Shown piece after piece: positions 27,247-40,467 of a stretch of DNA of 64,000 nt; position 1 is the stretch's first letter; each line of letters begins with the position of its first letter. The DNA lies in the NCBI GenBank assembly GCA_017935245.1, contig JAGBHZ010000002.1, positions 27,735 through 91,734 of the forward strand, written 5' to 3'. Source of the DNA: Alphaproteobacteria bacterium (lineage in GTDB: Bacteria > Pseudomonadota > Alphaproteobacteria > Rs-D84). Made by a program: the position numbers and the translations under genes. The notes beneath the pieces are model-generated. The model saw only the letters and a program-made list of their open reading frames with translations, had not been told where the DNA came from and ran no database searches.

Positions 27247-29067
27247 TTACGCGACGCGTCCAATATTATTCTGTCGTAAAAATTCCAAGAATCTTTCTTG
27301 CTGTGTTGTTGGGTCGTCAATAGAATACGTCTCACCTGCGGCTGTGGTAATGCTGGCTGTGCCTGGTGTGCCCGCATTGTCTGCTGACTTTTGTTTTTCT
27401 TTATGTGATACCAGGATATTGTAATCCTTGCTTTGATCTGATGAATTAAAGAAATCCCACCATGCGTACAATTCTTCCATTGTTTTCTTTTTATCTGGGT
27501 CGGTATATTCGACACTGTCGGTTGTTCGTTTGTCCAGTCTTCCTGTGCCGCGCCCAAACTTAACACCGTTTGTTTTAATCGCGTTCTTTGCCAGATTCCC
27601 CAGTTCAAACACACCCATTGTCATTGTTTTTATTAATTTATCGGTTGCCTTGGTAAAAGCCTGAACCATTTCGCCACCATTTTTATTTATAGACAAAGAA
27701 TTGTCTGAAAATATTGTGAAATCTGTTTTTTTCAGGTTTGCCCGCACCGAAGATGTTGTCATCGTATATCGCATCACAGACAGTATTTCTAACGCAACCT
27801 TTGCCTCTTCTTTTTTGTCGTCATGAACGGCCGCCTTTACAATTTCTTGAACTAATTGTCGCATTTGATTGCCATTTGATAATGCTTCTTTAAAAAATGT
27901 TTTGTCAGAAACCTTGCCCAGTGTTTTTATTACCCAATCTAATTGTTTTTGAACTGGGTTTGGCAAATCTGCTTTGACAGCCCCCAGTGTATTATATAAC
28001 TTTTCCATACCACTTGTTGGGTCAATTTTTTTCTTGATAAGTTGTTCAACAATATATCGCGCGTTCGTAGAATAAATATGTCGTTTGTGTTTTTGCTCTA
28101 ACTTCCCAAGTGTGTCTTCATATTTCTTTTTCAGATTATCCTTTGCGCGTTTGAACAGAGTTTTTCTGTCTTCGTACAAAGGATTTAATTTGTGATCGCC
28201 ATCATTATAATTTGTTTCGCTTAATCCCTTGTTAATCCATGTGGTAATATCGCCGTCTGTATCTTTGGCCAGAACTTTGTCCCGCAATTTTTCATTGGCA
28301 ATCAATTTACCAAACAGGTCTTCTTTACCATCCTTAAGTTGATCCAGTTGTACCGGTGTCGGATCTTCTGGTGTTGTTATTTCCTGGTATATATCAGATA
28401 TTTGGTCTGGATTCTGCAAACCCACAGGTGGTGTCCCAGGCAGTGGGGAAGAACTGTTATAATAATGGTTGGATACTTTCAGTAAAAAATTTTCAAAAAT
28501 CGCCAATGCTTTGGCATTGGTTGTGTATGAACCGCCATTTAGTGCATTTGCCAATTTTTCCAGGTCTGATTCTTTGATTCCCAGGGCAAAAAATAACTGT
28601 GATTTGTTTGTTGTGATATAATTTGCAATATCGGCAACCGGATAAATTGTGGGAACTGGTTTTGATACATATTGTTCTATTGCCTTACCAGCACCGTAAA
28701 AGGTGTTCAGAAATTTTTTCGTTGGATCGTTTTCGCGTAAATCCTTGTCTGCATTAACATCGCGCAAAATTACGACCAGTTTCAGGTATAAATCCTGCAA
28801 ATCTGTCGAGGTCGGTGCTGGCCCCGTTGCGACATCTGTACCCGTATATGTATATGTCTCTGGGGTTGGTGGTGTTGTGGTTGGGTCTGCTGGTGTGATT
28901 GCGTCAATTTCTGGTGTTGGGGCTGTGGGGTCCCATTTTTTTTGTTTACCTGTTGCGACCCCCTTTTTTTTCAAATCGGCCAATCTTGCACGTTGGGCAT
29001 CATCCATATTTCGCAGGTTTAACTGCTTTGCTAAATCTATAATAAATTTTTCGTTATCAAAAGCCAT
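27247..29067 (-). CDS. Large hypothetical protein with a Thr/Pro-rich N-terminal linker
   Basis: About 606-aa ORF, Lys-rich and helical, no motif recognised. Confidence 0.7.
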   Translation of the reverse strand: MAFDNEKFIIDLAKQLNLRNMDDAQRARLADLKKKGVATGKQKKWDPTAPTPEIDAITPADPTTTPPTPETYTYTGTDVATGPAPTSTDLQDLYLKLVVILRDVNADKDLRENDPTKKFLNTFYGAGKAIEQYVSKPVPTIYPVADIANYITTNKSQLFFALGIKESDLEKLANALNGGSYTTNAKALAIFENFLLKVSNHYYNSSSPLPGTPPVGLQNPDQISDIYQEITTPEDPTPVQLDQLKDGKEDLFGKLIANEKLRDKVLAKDTDGDITTWINKGLSETNYNDGDHKLNPLYEDRKTLFKRAKDNLKKKYEDTLGKLEQKHKRHIYSTNARYIVEQLIKKKIDPTSGMEKLYNTLGAVKADLPNPVQKQLDWVIKTLGKVSDKTFFKEALSNGNQMRQLVQEIVKAAVHDDKKEEAKVALEILSVMRYTMTTSSVRANLKKTDFTIFSDNSLSINKNGGEMVQAFTKATDKLIKTMTMGVFELGNLAKNAIKTNGVKFGRGTGRLDKRTTDSVEYTDPDKKKTMEELYAWWDFFNSSDQSKDYNILVSHKEKQKSADNAGTPGTASITTAAGETYSIDDPTTQQERFLEFLRQNNIGRVA

Positions 29068-29187
29068 CGGTGCACCCTTTATTCTTATCCCACGTATTAT
29101 AGTGCAAAACCGCCTAAAATTCAACCTTTTGCGTTTGTTTTTTAAAAGTGGTATAATTCACAAAATATACATGGGGGGATTTAGTTT

Positions 29188-30351
29188 ATGCGACGGCTAT
29201 TATTGGGAATATATGGATTTGCTTTTTTAAACAAGTTTTTACTGTTAACGCCGGTTTATACAATTTTTATGCAGCAAAATGGTCTGACGGATTTTCAATT
29301 GTCCACAATGTTTATCGTGTCGTCCCTTGGGACAATCCTGGGCCAGGTTCCAATTACAAACATCACAAATCGTCTGGGGCAACGTTGGTCAATGATGATT
29401 GGACAGATATTAAAGACGGTTGCGATATTGTTGTGGCTGGTTATGCCGAATTATGCGGGATTTTTTATTGGTATGTTTATGTGGGGTATCCAGGCCGGGT
29501 TTCGTGGTGTCGCATTCGAAGGTTTGGTTTATGATTCTGTGGCGGCATATGGTGGCCGGGCGGATTATTCGCGGATTTTGGGGCGAAAATCCACCTATGA
29601 ATCGATTGGGGTTGCGCTTTCTGCGTTTGGGTCATTATTGATGTTTATGGGATATACGTGGGTTACATGGGCGTCGGTGGTTGCGATATTGTTGTCAATG
29701 GTGTGCTTGTTGATTATACCATATAATCCAACGGTGTCTGGGCGCACAACCGCGACGGTTCACATGATTAAATTGTTAAAAACAGGCGTCAAGATTTGTT
29801 TGCGTACCCCATGTTTAATGTCTGTTATGATGATGACTTTATTGGTCATAAATATTCCGTTTTTGGATGATTTTCTAAGCCCCATTGGCTTGCAGATTGG
29901 CGTTCCAACAGAATATGTTGGGCTTATGTCGCTGTTCTTGCTGGGGTGTGCCACCCTGGGCCAGCGTTTTGCATACAAGTTTTCAAAAATATCAGATACT
30001 TTTTTATACGTCTTGATTGGATTTGTTGGTGTTGCATTTGTTTTGTTTGGAATTGAATATAATGTCAATGCGTTATGGTTGATGGGTATTGCGTATATGT
30101 TATTTTACGGGATATATACATTATTGTATTCGCGGTTTCAGCATATTATTCCATCGCGCAATCGTTCAATTGTCTTATCGCTTTATACCACGATAAACTA
30201 TATTTTATATATGATTGTGTGTGATATTGTTGGGTTGGGGGCAACCCTGGGCAGTTGGCGTTACAGTATCTTTATTCTTGGTGGATTGATGGTGGTGTTG
30301 GGTGGATATGCATTGTTGTTTATGCGAAATCGATGTGTTGCCCCCAGATAA
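29188..30351 (+). CDS. MFS transporter
   Basis: About 12 hydrophobic segments; paralog of the next gene. Confidence 0.85.
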   Translation: MRRLLLGIYGFAFLNKFLLLTPVYTIFMQQNGLTDFQLSTMFIVSSLGTILGQVPITNITNRLGQRWSMMIGQILKTVAILLWLVMPNYAGFFIGMFMWGIQAGFRGVAFEGLVYDSVAAYGGRADYSRILGRKSTYESIGVALSAFGSLLMFMGYTWVTWASVVAILLSMVCLLIIPYNPTVSGRTTATVHMIKLLKTGVKICLRTPCLMSVMMMTLLVINIPFLDDFLSPIGLQIGVPTEYVGLMSLFLLGCATLGQRFAYKFSKISDTFLYVLIGFVGVAFVLFGIEYNVNALWLMGIAYMLFYGIYTLLYSRFQHIIPSRNRSIVLSLYTTINYILYMIVCDIVGLGATLGSWRYSIFILGGLMVVLGGYALLFMRNRCVAPR

Positions 30352-30414
30352 TATTTTAGGCTAGGTTTTTTTTCAAAAAAAGACTATAATCCCATAAAAG
30401 TATGGGAATAGGTT

Positions 30415-31656
30415 ATGAAAAAGAAATCGTCTTTGCGCCGTTTTTTAGCCAATATTTATGCATATATATTTTTTAATAAATTGTTATTATTAACCCCTGT
30501 TTATGCGGTTTTTATGCAAGAACACGGTATGTCGGACATGGCATTGTCGGCATTGTTTATCATTTTGTCTGTCGGTACATTTATGTGCCAAATCCCAGTA
30601 ACCTGGATAACAAACAAACTGGGACAGAAAAACGCCATAAATCTGGGCCAGGTATTAAAGGCCTTTGCATTTGCCCTATGGTTAATCTGGCCAACGTTTT
30701 GGGGATTTGCAATTGGCATGTTTTTATGGGGTGTCCAGTGCGCATTTTTCAATGTTGCATTCGAAGGGATGCTCTATGATGAATTGCGTGCACGTCGCCA
30801 TCATGACATCTATGCGCGTGTGTTGGGGATGCGATACAATGTTTCGGCGGTTGCGGCGGCATTGTCGGCATTTGGTTCGTTGTTGATGTTTGTTGGATAC
30901 GAATGGATAACAATTGCATCATTGATTTCTGTTGCGATTTCCATGATATGTATTAATCGTATTGAATTGCGTGCCCGCCCCAAAACGGCGCCACGACGTG
31001 TACGTAAAACAAATTTTATGAAACTGTTCCGTACCGGTACCCGCATTTGCATCCAGACACCATGCATATTTTTAATGTTAACATTGACATTGTTGGTCAG
31101 TAATATTTGCTATCTAGATGATTATCTTAGCCCGATTGGGGTTGAAATTGGTCTGCCAATTGTATATGTCGGATTGGTTCAGTTTTTTGCCCTGGGGTGC
31201 AGTGTTTTGGGTCAAACATTTGCGCATCGTTTCAAGTCTGTACCAGATTGGATTTTGTATTCTACGATATGTTTGGCGGGTGGTTTATATATGGTATTTG
31301 CAATGTCGTATAATGTGGCGGGGTTATGGGCGCTGGGGGCGGCGTACGCGTTGTTCGCGGCAATATTCATCCTGTTGTATTCCCGTTTCCAGGATTTCTT
31401 GCCGTCATCATACCGTTCTGTAATTTTATCACTGTACAGTATTGGCGATAACTTGATTTATGTGGTTACATGCCTGCTTATTGGCCTGGGGGGGACAATG
31501 GGCAGTTGGCGTTACAGTATTTTTATACTTGGCGCGATAATTGTTTTGATTGGTTTGTGGGCGTTAATGTTTATCAAGAACAGATGTGCGAACCAGTATA
31601 ACCCAAACATGCGTATTTTAAAGACAACACACCCCACCGGCAACGATATTGTTTGA
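30415..31656 (+). CDS. MFS transporter
   Basis: Shared NK.LLLTPVY, FEG..YD, DD.LSPIG, LLYSRFQ and GSWRYSIFILG with the previous gene. Confidence 0.85.
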   Translation: MKKKSSLRRFLANIYAYIFFNKLLLLTPVYAVFMQEHGMSDMALSALFIILSVGTFMCQIPVTWITNKLGQKNAINLGQVLKAFAFALWLIWPTFWGFAIGMFLWGVQCAFFNVAFEGMLYDELRARRHHDIYARVLGMRYNVSAVAAALSAFGSLLMFVGYEWITIASLISVAISMICINRIELRARPKTAPRRVRKTNFMKLFRTGTRICIQTPCIFLMLTLTLLVSNICYLDDYLSPIGVEIGLPIVYVGLVQFFALGCSVLGQTFAHRFKSVPDWILYSTICLAGGLYMVFAMSYNVAGLWALGAAYALFAAIFILLYSRFQDFLPSSYRSVILSLYSIGDNLIYVVTCLLIGLGGTMGSWRYSIFILGAIIVLIGLWALMFIKNRCANQYNPNMRILKTTHPTGNDIV

Positions 31657-31702
31657 ATTCGTTCCTGTGTATATTATTTTGCAAAAATTATAAAATGCGG
31701 AT

Positions 31703-32377
31703 ATGAAAATCAATATCCGCAATTTTTTGTTAAAGTCTTTGCCATATTTAATGTCTATTGCCGGTGGTATAATATTGTACACGGGGGCGATTGATAATGC
31801 GCCAAATGATAATCTGCGGGATTTGATAATAAATGTTTCTGCGTCGTTATTGTCAATACCGCTGGTATTTTTGCTGTACGATTATACCAATTCGCGTGTT
31901 TCCAACCAGATGAAGAAGTCAATCGCCAACAGCATGTCTGACAAATTAAACGACGTACTGGTAAATACAATATTGATGTTGCGCGATGCAATGGGTGTGC
32001 GTAATAAATTGGATACAGAAAACCTGAACCGCATGTTGGTTTGGCGTGTTCCAGAAATATCCCGCCGATTGAATATAACGCCCCGTTTTCTGGATAAATT
32101 GCATACGTGCCACAATGATTTGGATACATTGCTTTTTCGTAACAGTCAAACGAATACATTAACCCCAGACCAGACACAAATTTTATCATCAATGGCGCGA
32201 AATATGGCACATTTGATAAATGAAAGCAAATTTCATAAAAATCGCAGGGTTTCTGCCAAATACATTGAAAATATAATGTCGCAAATACTGGATTGGTTGG
32301 ACGCAGACAGTGTTGCGGCCCTGAACCTTGCCAAACATTTATCGCCCGATGTATCAGAAAAAAATAATAAAAAATGA
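31703..32377 (+). CDS. Hypothetical membrane protein
   Basis: Two N-terminal transmembrane segments followed by a soluble domain. Confidence 0.7.
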   Translation: MKINIRNFLLKSLPYLMSIAGGIILYTGAIDNAPNDNLRDLIINVSASLLSIPLVFLLYDYTNSRVSNQMKKSIANSMSDKLNDVLVNTILMLRDAMGVRNKLDTENLNRMLVWRVPEISRRLNITPRFLDKLHTCHNDLDTLLFRNSQTNTLTPDQTQILSSMARNMAHLINESKFHKNRRVSAKYIENIMSQILDWLDADSVAALNLAKHLSPDVSEKNNKK

Positions 32378-32470
32378 TAATTTTTCTTGATTTTTATTTT
32401 TATATGTGCCAAAATTGCCCCCGTACCTTGGAAACAGAACCCTGTGTTCTCCCTCTCCAGGTCCGGTTTT

Positions 32471-32546
32471 GGGGCTATATCTCAGTTGGTAGAGCAAATG
32501 ACTTTTAATCATTGGGTCCAGGGTTCGAGTCCCTGTGGCCCCACCA
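32471..32546 (+). tRNA. tRNA-Lys(TTT)
   Basis: GGGGCTA/TGGCCCC, aatga-ctTTTaa-tcatt, GGTTCGAGTCC, CCA; D-stem has a T10-C25 mismatch. Confidence 0.93.
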
Positions 32547-32574
32547 GGAAAAAAAAACACCGCATGGTGGTTTT

Positions 32575-33288
32575 TTATTTTTGTTTTTGGATTAAATCTT
32601 TTAAAAACGTATCAACCGGTACCGGTGCGGCGGGTGTGGGGCCCATTTGTCCGTTATAGTGGCTGGTTGGGTTTTTATCATACGGCTTGCGCGTGCCGGT
32701 GAATTCTTTGAAATAAATTTGACCGATGCGCATATATGGATAAACGACCGTTGGATACAATACGTGTATTTCCAGTGTCCATTGCCCACAGAACCCATCG
32801 TCGCCACGTCCCGCGGTATGATGATTCAGAATAAAGTTACGTCCAATACTGGATTTTCCATCAATTTCTGGGAACAGATTGCGTGTTTCTGTGTATTCCA
32901 CCGTTGACCCCAGGTACCCCACATCCGGCGATAAAATCAGTCCTGTTTCTGGAATTTTAATATCAATTGTTTCATGGTGTGCCGGATTGGTTGGATCAAT
33001 TAGGTATCGTGGGTTACGAATATCATATTCATTTGGGTTTGAGCGATATGTTTCATATCGGGTTGAAAATTCGAACCAGTCGCGCATTTTATGCAGACTT
33101 GGGTCGCCCTTGTATTCGATTGCGGGCCGCATCCCAAATGGAATTGTGTGCTTATATACTTTCAGGGTATCTGCCAAATGCAAATCATAGCTGTTTGACC
33201 CCAGGCATCTGTCATCAAACGGTTGAATTACAATGTCGGGATTTTCACCCACCATACGTTTTTTTATTTCCGGTCCGGTCAACAGCAT
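32575..33288 (-). CDS. dcd: dCTP deaminase
   Basis: GSNSYDLHL, IDGKSSIGR, TAGRGDDGFCGQWTLEI, RIGQIYF, Y.GQ.GPT. Confidence 0.88.
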   Translation of the reverse strand: MLLTGPEIKKRMVGENPDIVIQPFDDRCLGSNSYDLHLADTLKVYKHTIPFGMRPAIEYKGDPSLHKMRDWFEFSTRYETYRSNPNEYDIRNPRYLIDPTNPAHHETIDIKIPETGLILSPDVGYLGSTVEYTETRNLFPEIDGKSSIGRNFILNHHTAGRGDDGFCGQWTLEIHVLYPTVVYPYMRIGQIYFKEFTGTRKPYDKNPTSHYNGQMGPTPAAPVPVDTFLKDLIQKQK

Positions 33289-33402
33289 TTTATCAGATCC
33301 TTTGTTTGTTGTTTTCCCGCCCACGATTTTATTATGCGCAAAACGCACCACCAAATGCAAGATTTTTATTCACTTTTGATTTTGGTGTGGTATTGTTTGC
33401 GC

Positions 33403-34299
33403 ATGACTAAGAAAACATATTCTGGCTTTGTTGCCATTATCGGCCCAACGAACGCGGGCAAAAGTACATTATTAAATCAAATCATGGGGCGCAAGGTATC
33501 CATTGTCTCGCACAAGGTGCAAACCACGCGAACACGCCTGCGTGCGGTGAAAATGGTGGGTGATAAACAGTTGGTATTTGTTGATACCCCCGGCGTGTTC
33601 AAGCCGTCGCGCAGATTGGATCGCGCAATGGTCGCCGCCGCCATGGATGCGGTGGCCGATGCCGATGCGGTGTTGCTGCTGGTTGATGCGCAAAAGGGTT
33701 TAACCGAAACAATTCGCGCACTGGCGGAAAAAATCAAGGATCGTCCAAACATCTTTGTCGCCTTGAACAAGGTTGACGCAATCCCAAAACTGGAATTATT
33801 GCCAATGGTTGCCGAATTAAACGAAATGGCGCCGTGGCGTGAAATATTTATGATTTCGGCACTGAAAAATGACGGTGTTGAAAAAATGCTGAACGCACTG
33901 GCATCTGTTATGCCCGAAGGGCCGTATTTATTTGATACGGTTGATGCGCCCGATGTGCCGGATGAATTATATTTGTCGGAATTGACCCGTGAAAAGATTT
34001 ATAAATATATTCACCAAGAATTACCGTACCACATCAATGTTGTAACCGAACGCGTTGATGTTGATACCGATGGTGTCTTGGACATATATCAAAAAATTGC
34101 GGTTCAAAATGACGCGCACAAGAAGATTGTTGTAGGTAAGGGGGGTGAACAATTAAAACGCATTGGCACCGCCGCCCGTCATGATATCCAGGACCAGTGG
34201 GATGTAAATGCGCGATTGCACCTGTTTGTGCGTGTTGAACCCGACTGGGAAGAGCGCGCCGAAAACTACATCGACCAGGGATTGGAATTCAAGAAATAA
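33403..34299 (+). CDS. era: GTPase Era
   Basis: GPTNAGKSTLLN, KVQTTR, DTPG, NKVD, KH domain VVGKGGEQLKRIG. Confidence 0.95.
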   Translation: MTKKTYSGFVAIIGPTNAGKSTLLNQIMGRKVSIVSHKVQTTRTRLRAVKMVGDKQLVFVDTPGVFKPSRRLDRAMVAAAMDAVADADAVLLLVDAQKGLTETIRALAEKIKDRPNIFVALNKVDAIPKLELLPMVAELNEMAPWREIFMISALKNDGVEKMLNALASVMPEGPYLFDTVDAPDVPDELYLSELTREKIYKYIHQELPYHINVVTERVDVDTDGVLDIYQKIAVQNDAHKKIVVGKGGEQLKRIGTAARHDIQDQWDVNARLHLFVRVEPDWEERAENYIDQGLEFKK

Positions 34300-34310
34300 A
34301 AGGATAAAAG

Positions 34311-34664
34311 ATGAAGTTGTATAAAAAAGTTTTATTAACATTATCTGGTGCTGGGATGTTGACCGCATGTACATCAGACACATCCTATCAAGGCATTGTG
34401 ATTGAAAAAAAAGAAAGTCATATTTTTCTTGATGCGAACAATGACGGACTTGCCGACCAAATGTTTCAAGGTTTGCAATATGGTTCCGTACATAGAGCTA
34501 TGTACAAGTATATTATTCCGGGCGATACCGTCGTATGGAAACCTGGCAATGCGTGGAATGGTCCGTATCATCCAGATGATATAAAAACAGTTAACGGCCT
34601 GACCAAGAAAGAAATATTCAGATTGGTTGAAATGAGACAAGCGCACAATGGGAAAATTCGTTAA
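34311..34664 (+). CDS. Hypothetical lipoprotein
   Basis: Lipobox MLTAC; inserted between era and queA. Confidence 0.65.
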   Translation: MKLYKKVLLTLSGAGMLTACTSDTSYQGIVIEKKESHIFLDANNDGLADQMFQGLQYGSVHRAMYKYIIPGDTVVWKPGNAWNGPYHPDDIKTVNGLTKKEIFRLVEMRQAHNGKIR

Positions 34665-35715
34665 ATGTTAACATTATCTGATTTTGATTTTGAATTACCA
34701 TCTGAATTAATTGCGTCGCACCCCCTGGCGCAACGCGATGCATCACGCATGTTGGTGGTTGGTGCCGATGGCGGCATCGCGGATAAACATATCCGTGATT
34801 TTCTGGACTTTTTACGTCCGGGCGATGTTGTTGTTATGAATAATTCGCGTGTTATTCCCGCGCGCTTTATGGCGGACGGCAAACACGAAATTACATTGCA
34901 TACCGCGGTGAACGATAAAACGTGGTGGGGCCTGTGCAAGAAATATACAAAAATTAAAAAAGGCTCTGTTTTAACCCTGGACGATGGAACAACGGTTCGC
35001 GTGGTTGATAATGATGCCGAAAGTGGCCTGAAATTAAAATTCTTATGCGATGATGTGTTTGCGGTACTGGACCGGGTGGGTAAATTACCCCTGCCACCGT
35101 ATATGAAGCGCGAAATGGAAGAATCTGACCGTGAACGATATCAAACGGTGTATTCTAAGCATTTGGGGTCGTTGGCGGCGCCGACGGCGGGCCTGCATTT
35201 TACAGATGAATTGTTGGATGAAATTCGCGCCCGTGGTGCGAAAATCGTTCATGTTACATTGCATGTTGGGGCGGGCACCTGGATGCCGGTCAAGACAGAA
35301 AATTTATCCGAACACAAAATGCACAGTGAATGGGCGTTTATCAGTGAACCGCACGCCCGCATGATTAACCGTGCCAAGCGTGTAATTGCGGTGGGAACGA
35401 CATCTATGCGCGTGCTGGAATCTGCGGCGGCCGAATATGTCCGTCGTGTGGCACGAAATCCGAATTTGAATCCAAAACATCGCGTATGTCCATTTGGCCA
35501 GAATACGGATATATTTATCACACCGGGCTATAAATTCCGTGCGGTTGATGTATTGCTGACAAACTTTCATTTACCGAAATCGACATTGTTTATGTTGGTG
35601 TCTGCGTTTTCTGGGCTGCCAGAAATGCGCGCGGCATATAAACACGCCGTTGATGAAAAATACAGATTTTTCAGTTACGGCGACTGCTGTTTGTTATTTA
35701 AGAAGGATATAAGTG

Positions 35716-35741
<26 letters not shown>
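34665..35741 (+). CDS. queA: S-adenosylmethionine:tRNA ribosyltransferase-isomerase
   Basis: LSDFDFELP, LPLPPY, YQTVY, AAPTAGLHF, TNFHLPKSTL, YRFFSYGD. Confidence 0.95.
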
Positions 35742-38448
<2,707 letters not shown>

Positions 38449-38502
38449 AACACTTGCGATATATTGCATTGGGCAATATCATTGTTTACAAAGGGGGAAC
38501 AC

Positions 38503-39492
38503 ATGGCACGTACAAAAAAACAAGTCGCGGTAATTGATATGGGGGGCGCAAAAACCGTAAAAAAGAAACAATCTGTTATCACATGGACAAAACGTACATT
38601 TGCAATTATAACGGTTATTTGGTTTGCGTTGGTTGCCTGGTTCCCATTACATGTTAAAAACACATATTCCCAGCCGATTAAGAAGTCGATTGTTGTATCA
38701 ATGTTCTTTGACCTGCAACGGGGGATTGTAAAACAGTATGAAGCGTTACTGGACAGCGTTGCAGATTCGATTAATCTGGAAAAACCGATTGCGGCGGCAA
38801 TCAATGGTGTAAAAATGGTCGATAACACCGTTGACAAGGTAACAGATGCCACCGATAAAGCCAAAAATGCCACCGCAGACGTGTCTGAAAAAACATCTGG
38901 GGTAAAAAAATTAACGGGCCTGGCCAATAAATTCGGAATCAAAACAGACGGCGTTGACAAAGCCGTCGCCGAAGTAGACAAGGGCGTAGAAAAAGCGAAC
39001 GATGCAATCGCGTCGGTTGATAAAACCGCACAATTGGTAAATGAAAAATTGGATAAAATTCAGGGCGATTTAACCCGTGTTGCCCAAACGGAAATCGACA
39101 AAGCATTGGACACGGCGGTAAAATCTGCGCTGGATAAAAACAGTGGTGGTTTGGGCACAACATTGCTGACCAATTATGGGATTGAACACGTATATGCATG
39201 GCGCCCATCGTCGTGGGGTGTGGCAACCAAGATTTATGATGATTTATCAAAATCTGACGTGGATACCATAACCGTAATCACCCGCACGGTTGATACATAC
39301 TTTGGCTATGTTGCGTGGGGATTGGTAATTGCGGCATGGGCGGTTGGATTGTACCTGTGGTTCTTGGTATCTAAAAAGGTAAAATCAATTTTGAAACCAT
39401 TTAATGTCTGTCCGCGCTGTGGCCATACGTATGCGGATAAACGTACGGCACTGGGCCTGTTAAAGGTTTTTCAGCCATGGACATGGTTTTAA
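38503..39492 (+). CDS. Hypothetical membrane protein with a coiled-coil repeat region and C-terminal CxxC
   Basis: Transmembrane segment, VDK/A repeats, second transmembrane segment, CPRCG. Confidence 0.7.
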   Translation: MARTKKQVAVIDMGGAKTVKKKQSVITWTKRTFAIITVIWFALVAWFPLHVKNTYSQPIKKSIVVSMFFDLQRGIVKQYEALLDSVADSINLEKPIAAAINGVKMVDNTVDKVTDATDKAKNATADVSEKTSGVKKLTGLANKFGIKTDGVDKAVAEVDKGVEKANDAIASVDKTAQLVNEKLDKIQGDLTRVAQTEIDKALDTAVKSALDKNSGGLGTTLLTNYGIEHVYAWRPSSWGVATKIYDDLSKSDVDTITVITRTVDTYFGYVAWGLVIAAWAVGLYLWFLVSKKVKSILKPFNVCPRCGHTYADKRTALGLLKVFQPWTWF

Positions 39493-39505
39493 TTGTGGGG
39501 GCCAT

Positions 39506-39748
39506 ATGTCGTCTGATAAGGTCAGAATAACCCAGGAAGCATTTGATGATGCCATTCGTGTAAAATTGCGTGGAACCGCCGCCACGGTTGTGGTGCTGTT
39601 GCTGTTAACGATTGCGATGAATACATGCTCCACAGAAATGCAAACGCGCACTAATACAGAATTAAACAAACAACAACTGGAAATTGCCAAAAAGCAATAT
39701 CAGTTGGATTCCATGCGTTTTGAGTATATGAAATCGCATCAAAAATAA
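39506..39748 (+). CDS. Small hypothetical membrane or lipoprotein-like protein
   Basis: One hydrophobic segment, MNTC, coiled-coil tail. Confidence 0.55.
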   Translation: MSSDKVRITQEAFDDAIRVKLRGTAATVVVLLLLTIAMNTCSTEMQTRTNTELNKQQLEIAKKQYQLDSMRFEYMKSHQK

Positions 39749-39756
39749 TTGCCGTT

Positions 39757-40398
39757 TCAAAGGCTGTAATAACACGTATTTGAAAGCGTAAAATCACCCG
39801 TTGCATCTTTATGGTTTCCCGCCCTTAAAAAACATTGTGTAATTGATGTTATGGATGTGTCCGAGACCGTTGTTGCGCCATCAACCCCCGTGGCAACGGC
39901 ACACGATGTGCATGTGTCACCATCACCAAAGTATCCATTTACACATCTGTATTCATAAGAATAATTGCATTGGTAGAACGTTAGATCACATGTCCCGACA
40001 GACCGGCGCTGTTTCCCTGGCTCATTCGATACGTTTTCCCAGGTACCAGTGCCACATTCAATATATTGATTACAACCGTAACAAAAATCCTTCCAAGTTT
40101 CATTGGATAAAACAGCCTTCTTTATCTCCAATAGCCTCTCTGGCGTTGGTTCTATGCCATTACCATAATAGGTGTACCATGCTTGCATAATTGCATTACG
40201 TAGTGCATTACAGCGTGATAATTGGGTGGTATCTAGTTCGGTCCCGTTTTCTTCCGCAAATTCGGCACATGTTCCGTTATATCTCACAAAATAGTCTGCG
40301 GCATCCATACACCACAGCATGCTTACCGCATATGCATTTCCTATGGCACAAAATGCACCCATCACAAAAATTCCAATACGAAATAAATTATGTTTCAT
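39757..40398 (-). CDS. Secreted Cys-rich protein
   Basis: Signal peptide; EGF/furin-like YRCVNGYFGDGDTCTSC; C-terminal CFL.AG..KDATGDFTLSNTCYY. Confidence 0.75.
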   Translation of the reverse strand: MKHNLFRIGIFVMGAFCAIGNAYAVSMLWCMDAADYFVRYNGTCAEFAEENGTELDTTQLSRCNALRNAIMQAWYTYYGNGIEPTPERLLEIKKAVLSNETWKDFCYGCNQYIECGTGTWENVSNEPGKQRRSVGTCDLTFYQCNYSYEYRCVNGYFGDGDTCTSCAVATGVDGATTVSDTSITSITQCFLRAGNHKDATGDFTLSNTCYYSL

Positions 40399-40467
40399 AA
40401 TTATTCTCCCCTTTGACCGCAATCCCTACACAGGAAAACGGTCCTTTTTTTTCGACACAAAATCACA

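Noticed and set aside
29188-31656. Tandem MFS pair as a novel system
   Set aside because: An ordinary tandem duplication of a common transporter family, with no unusual context.
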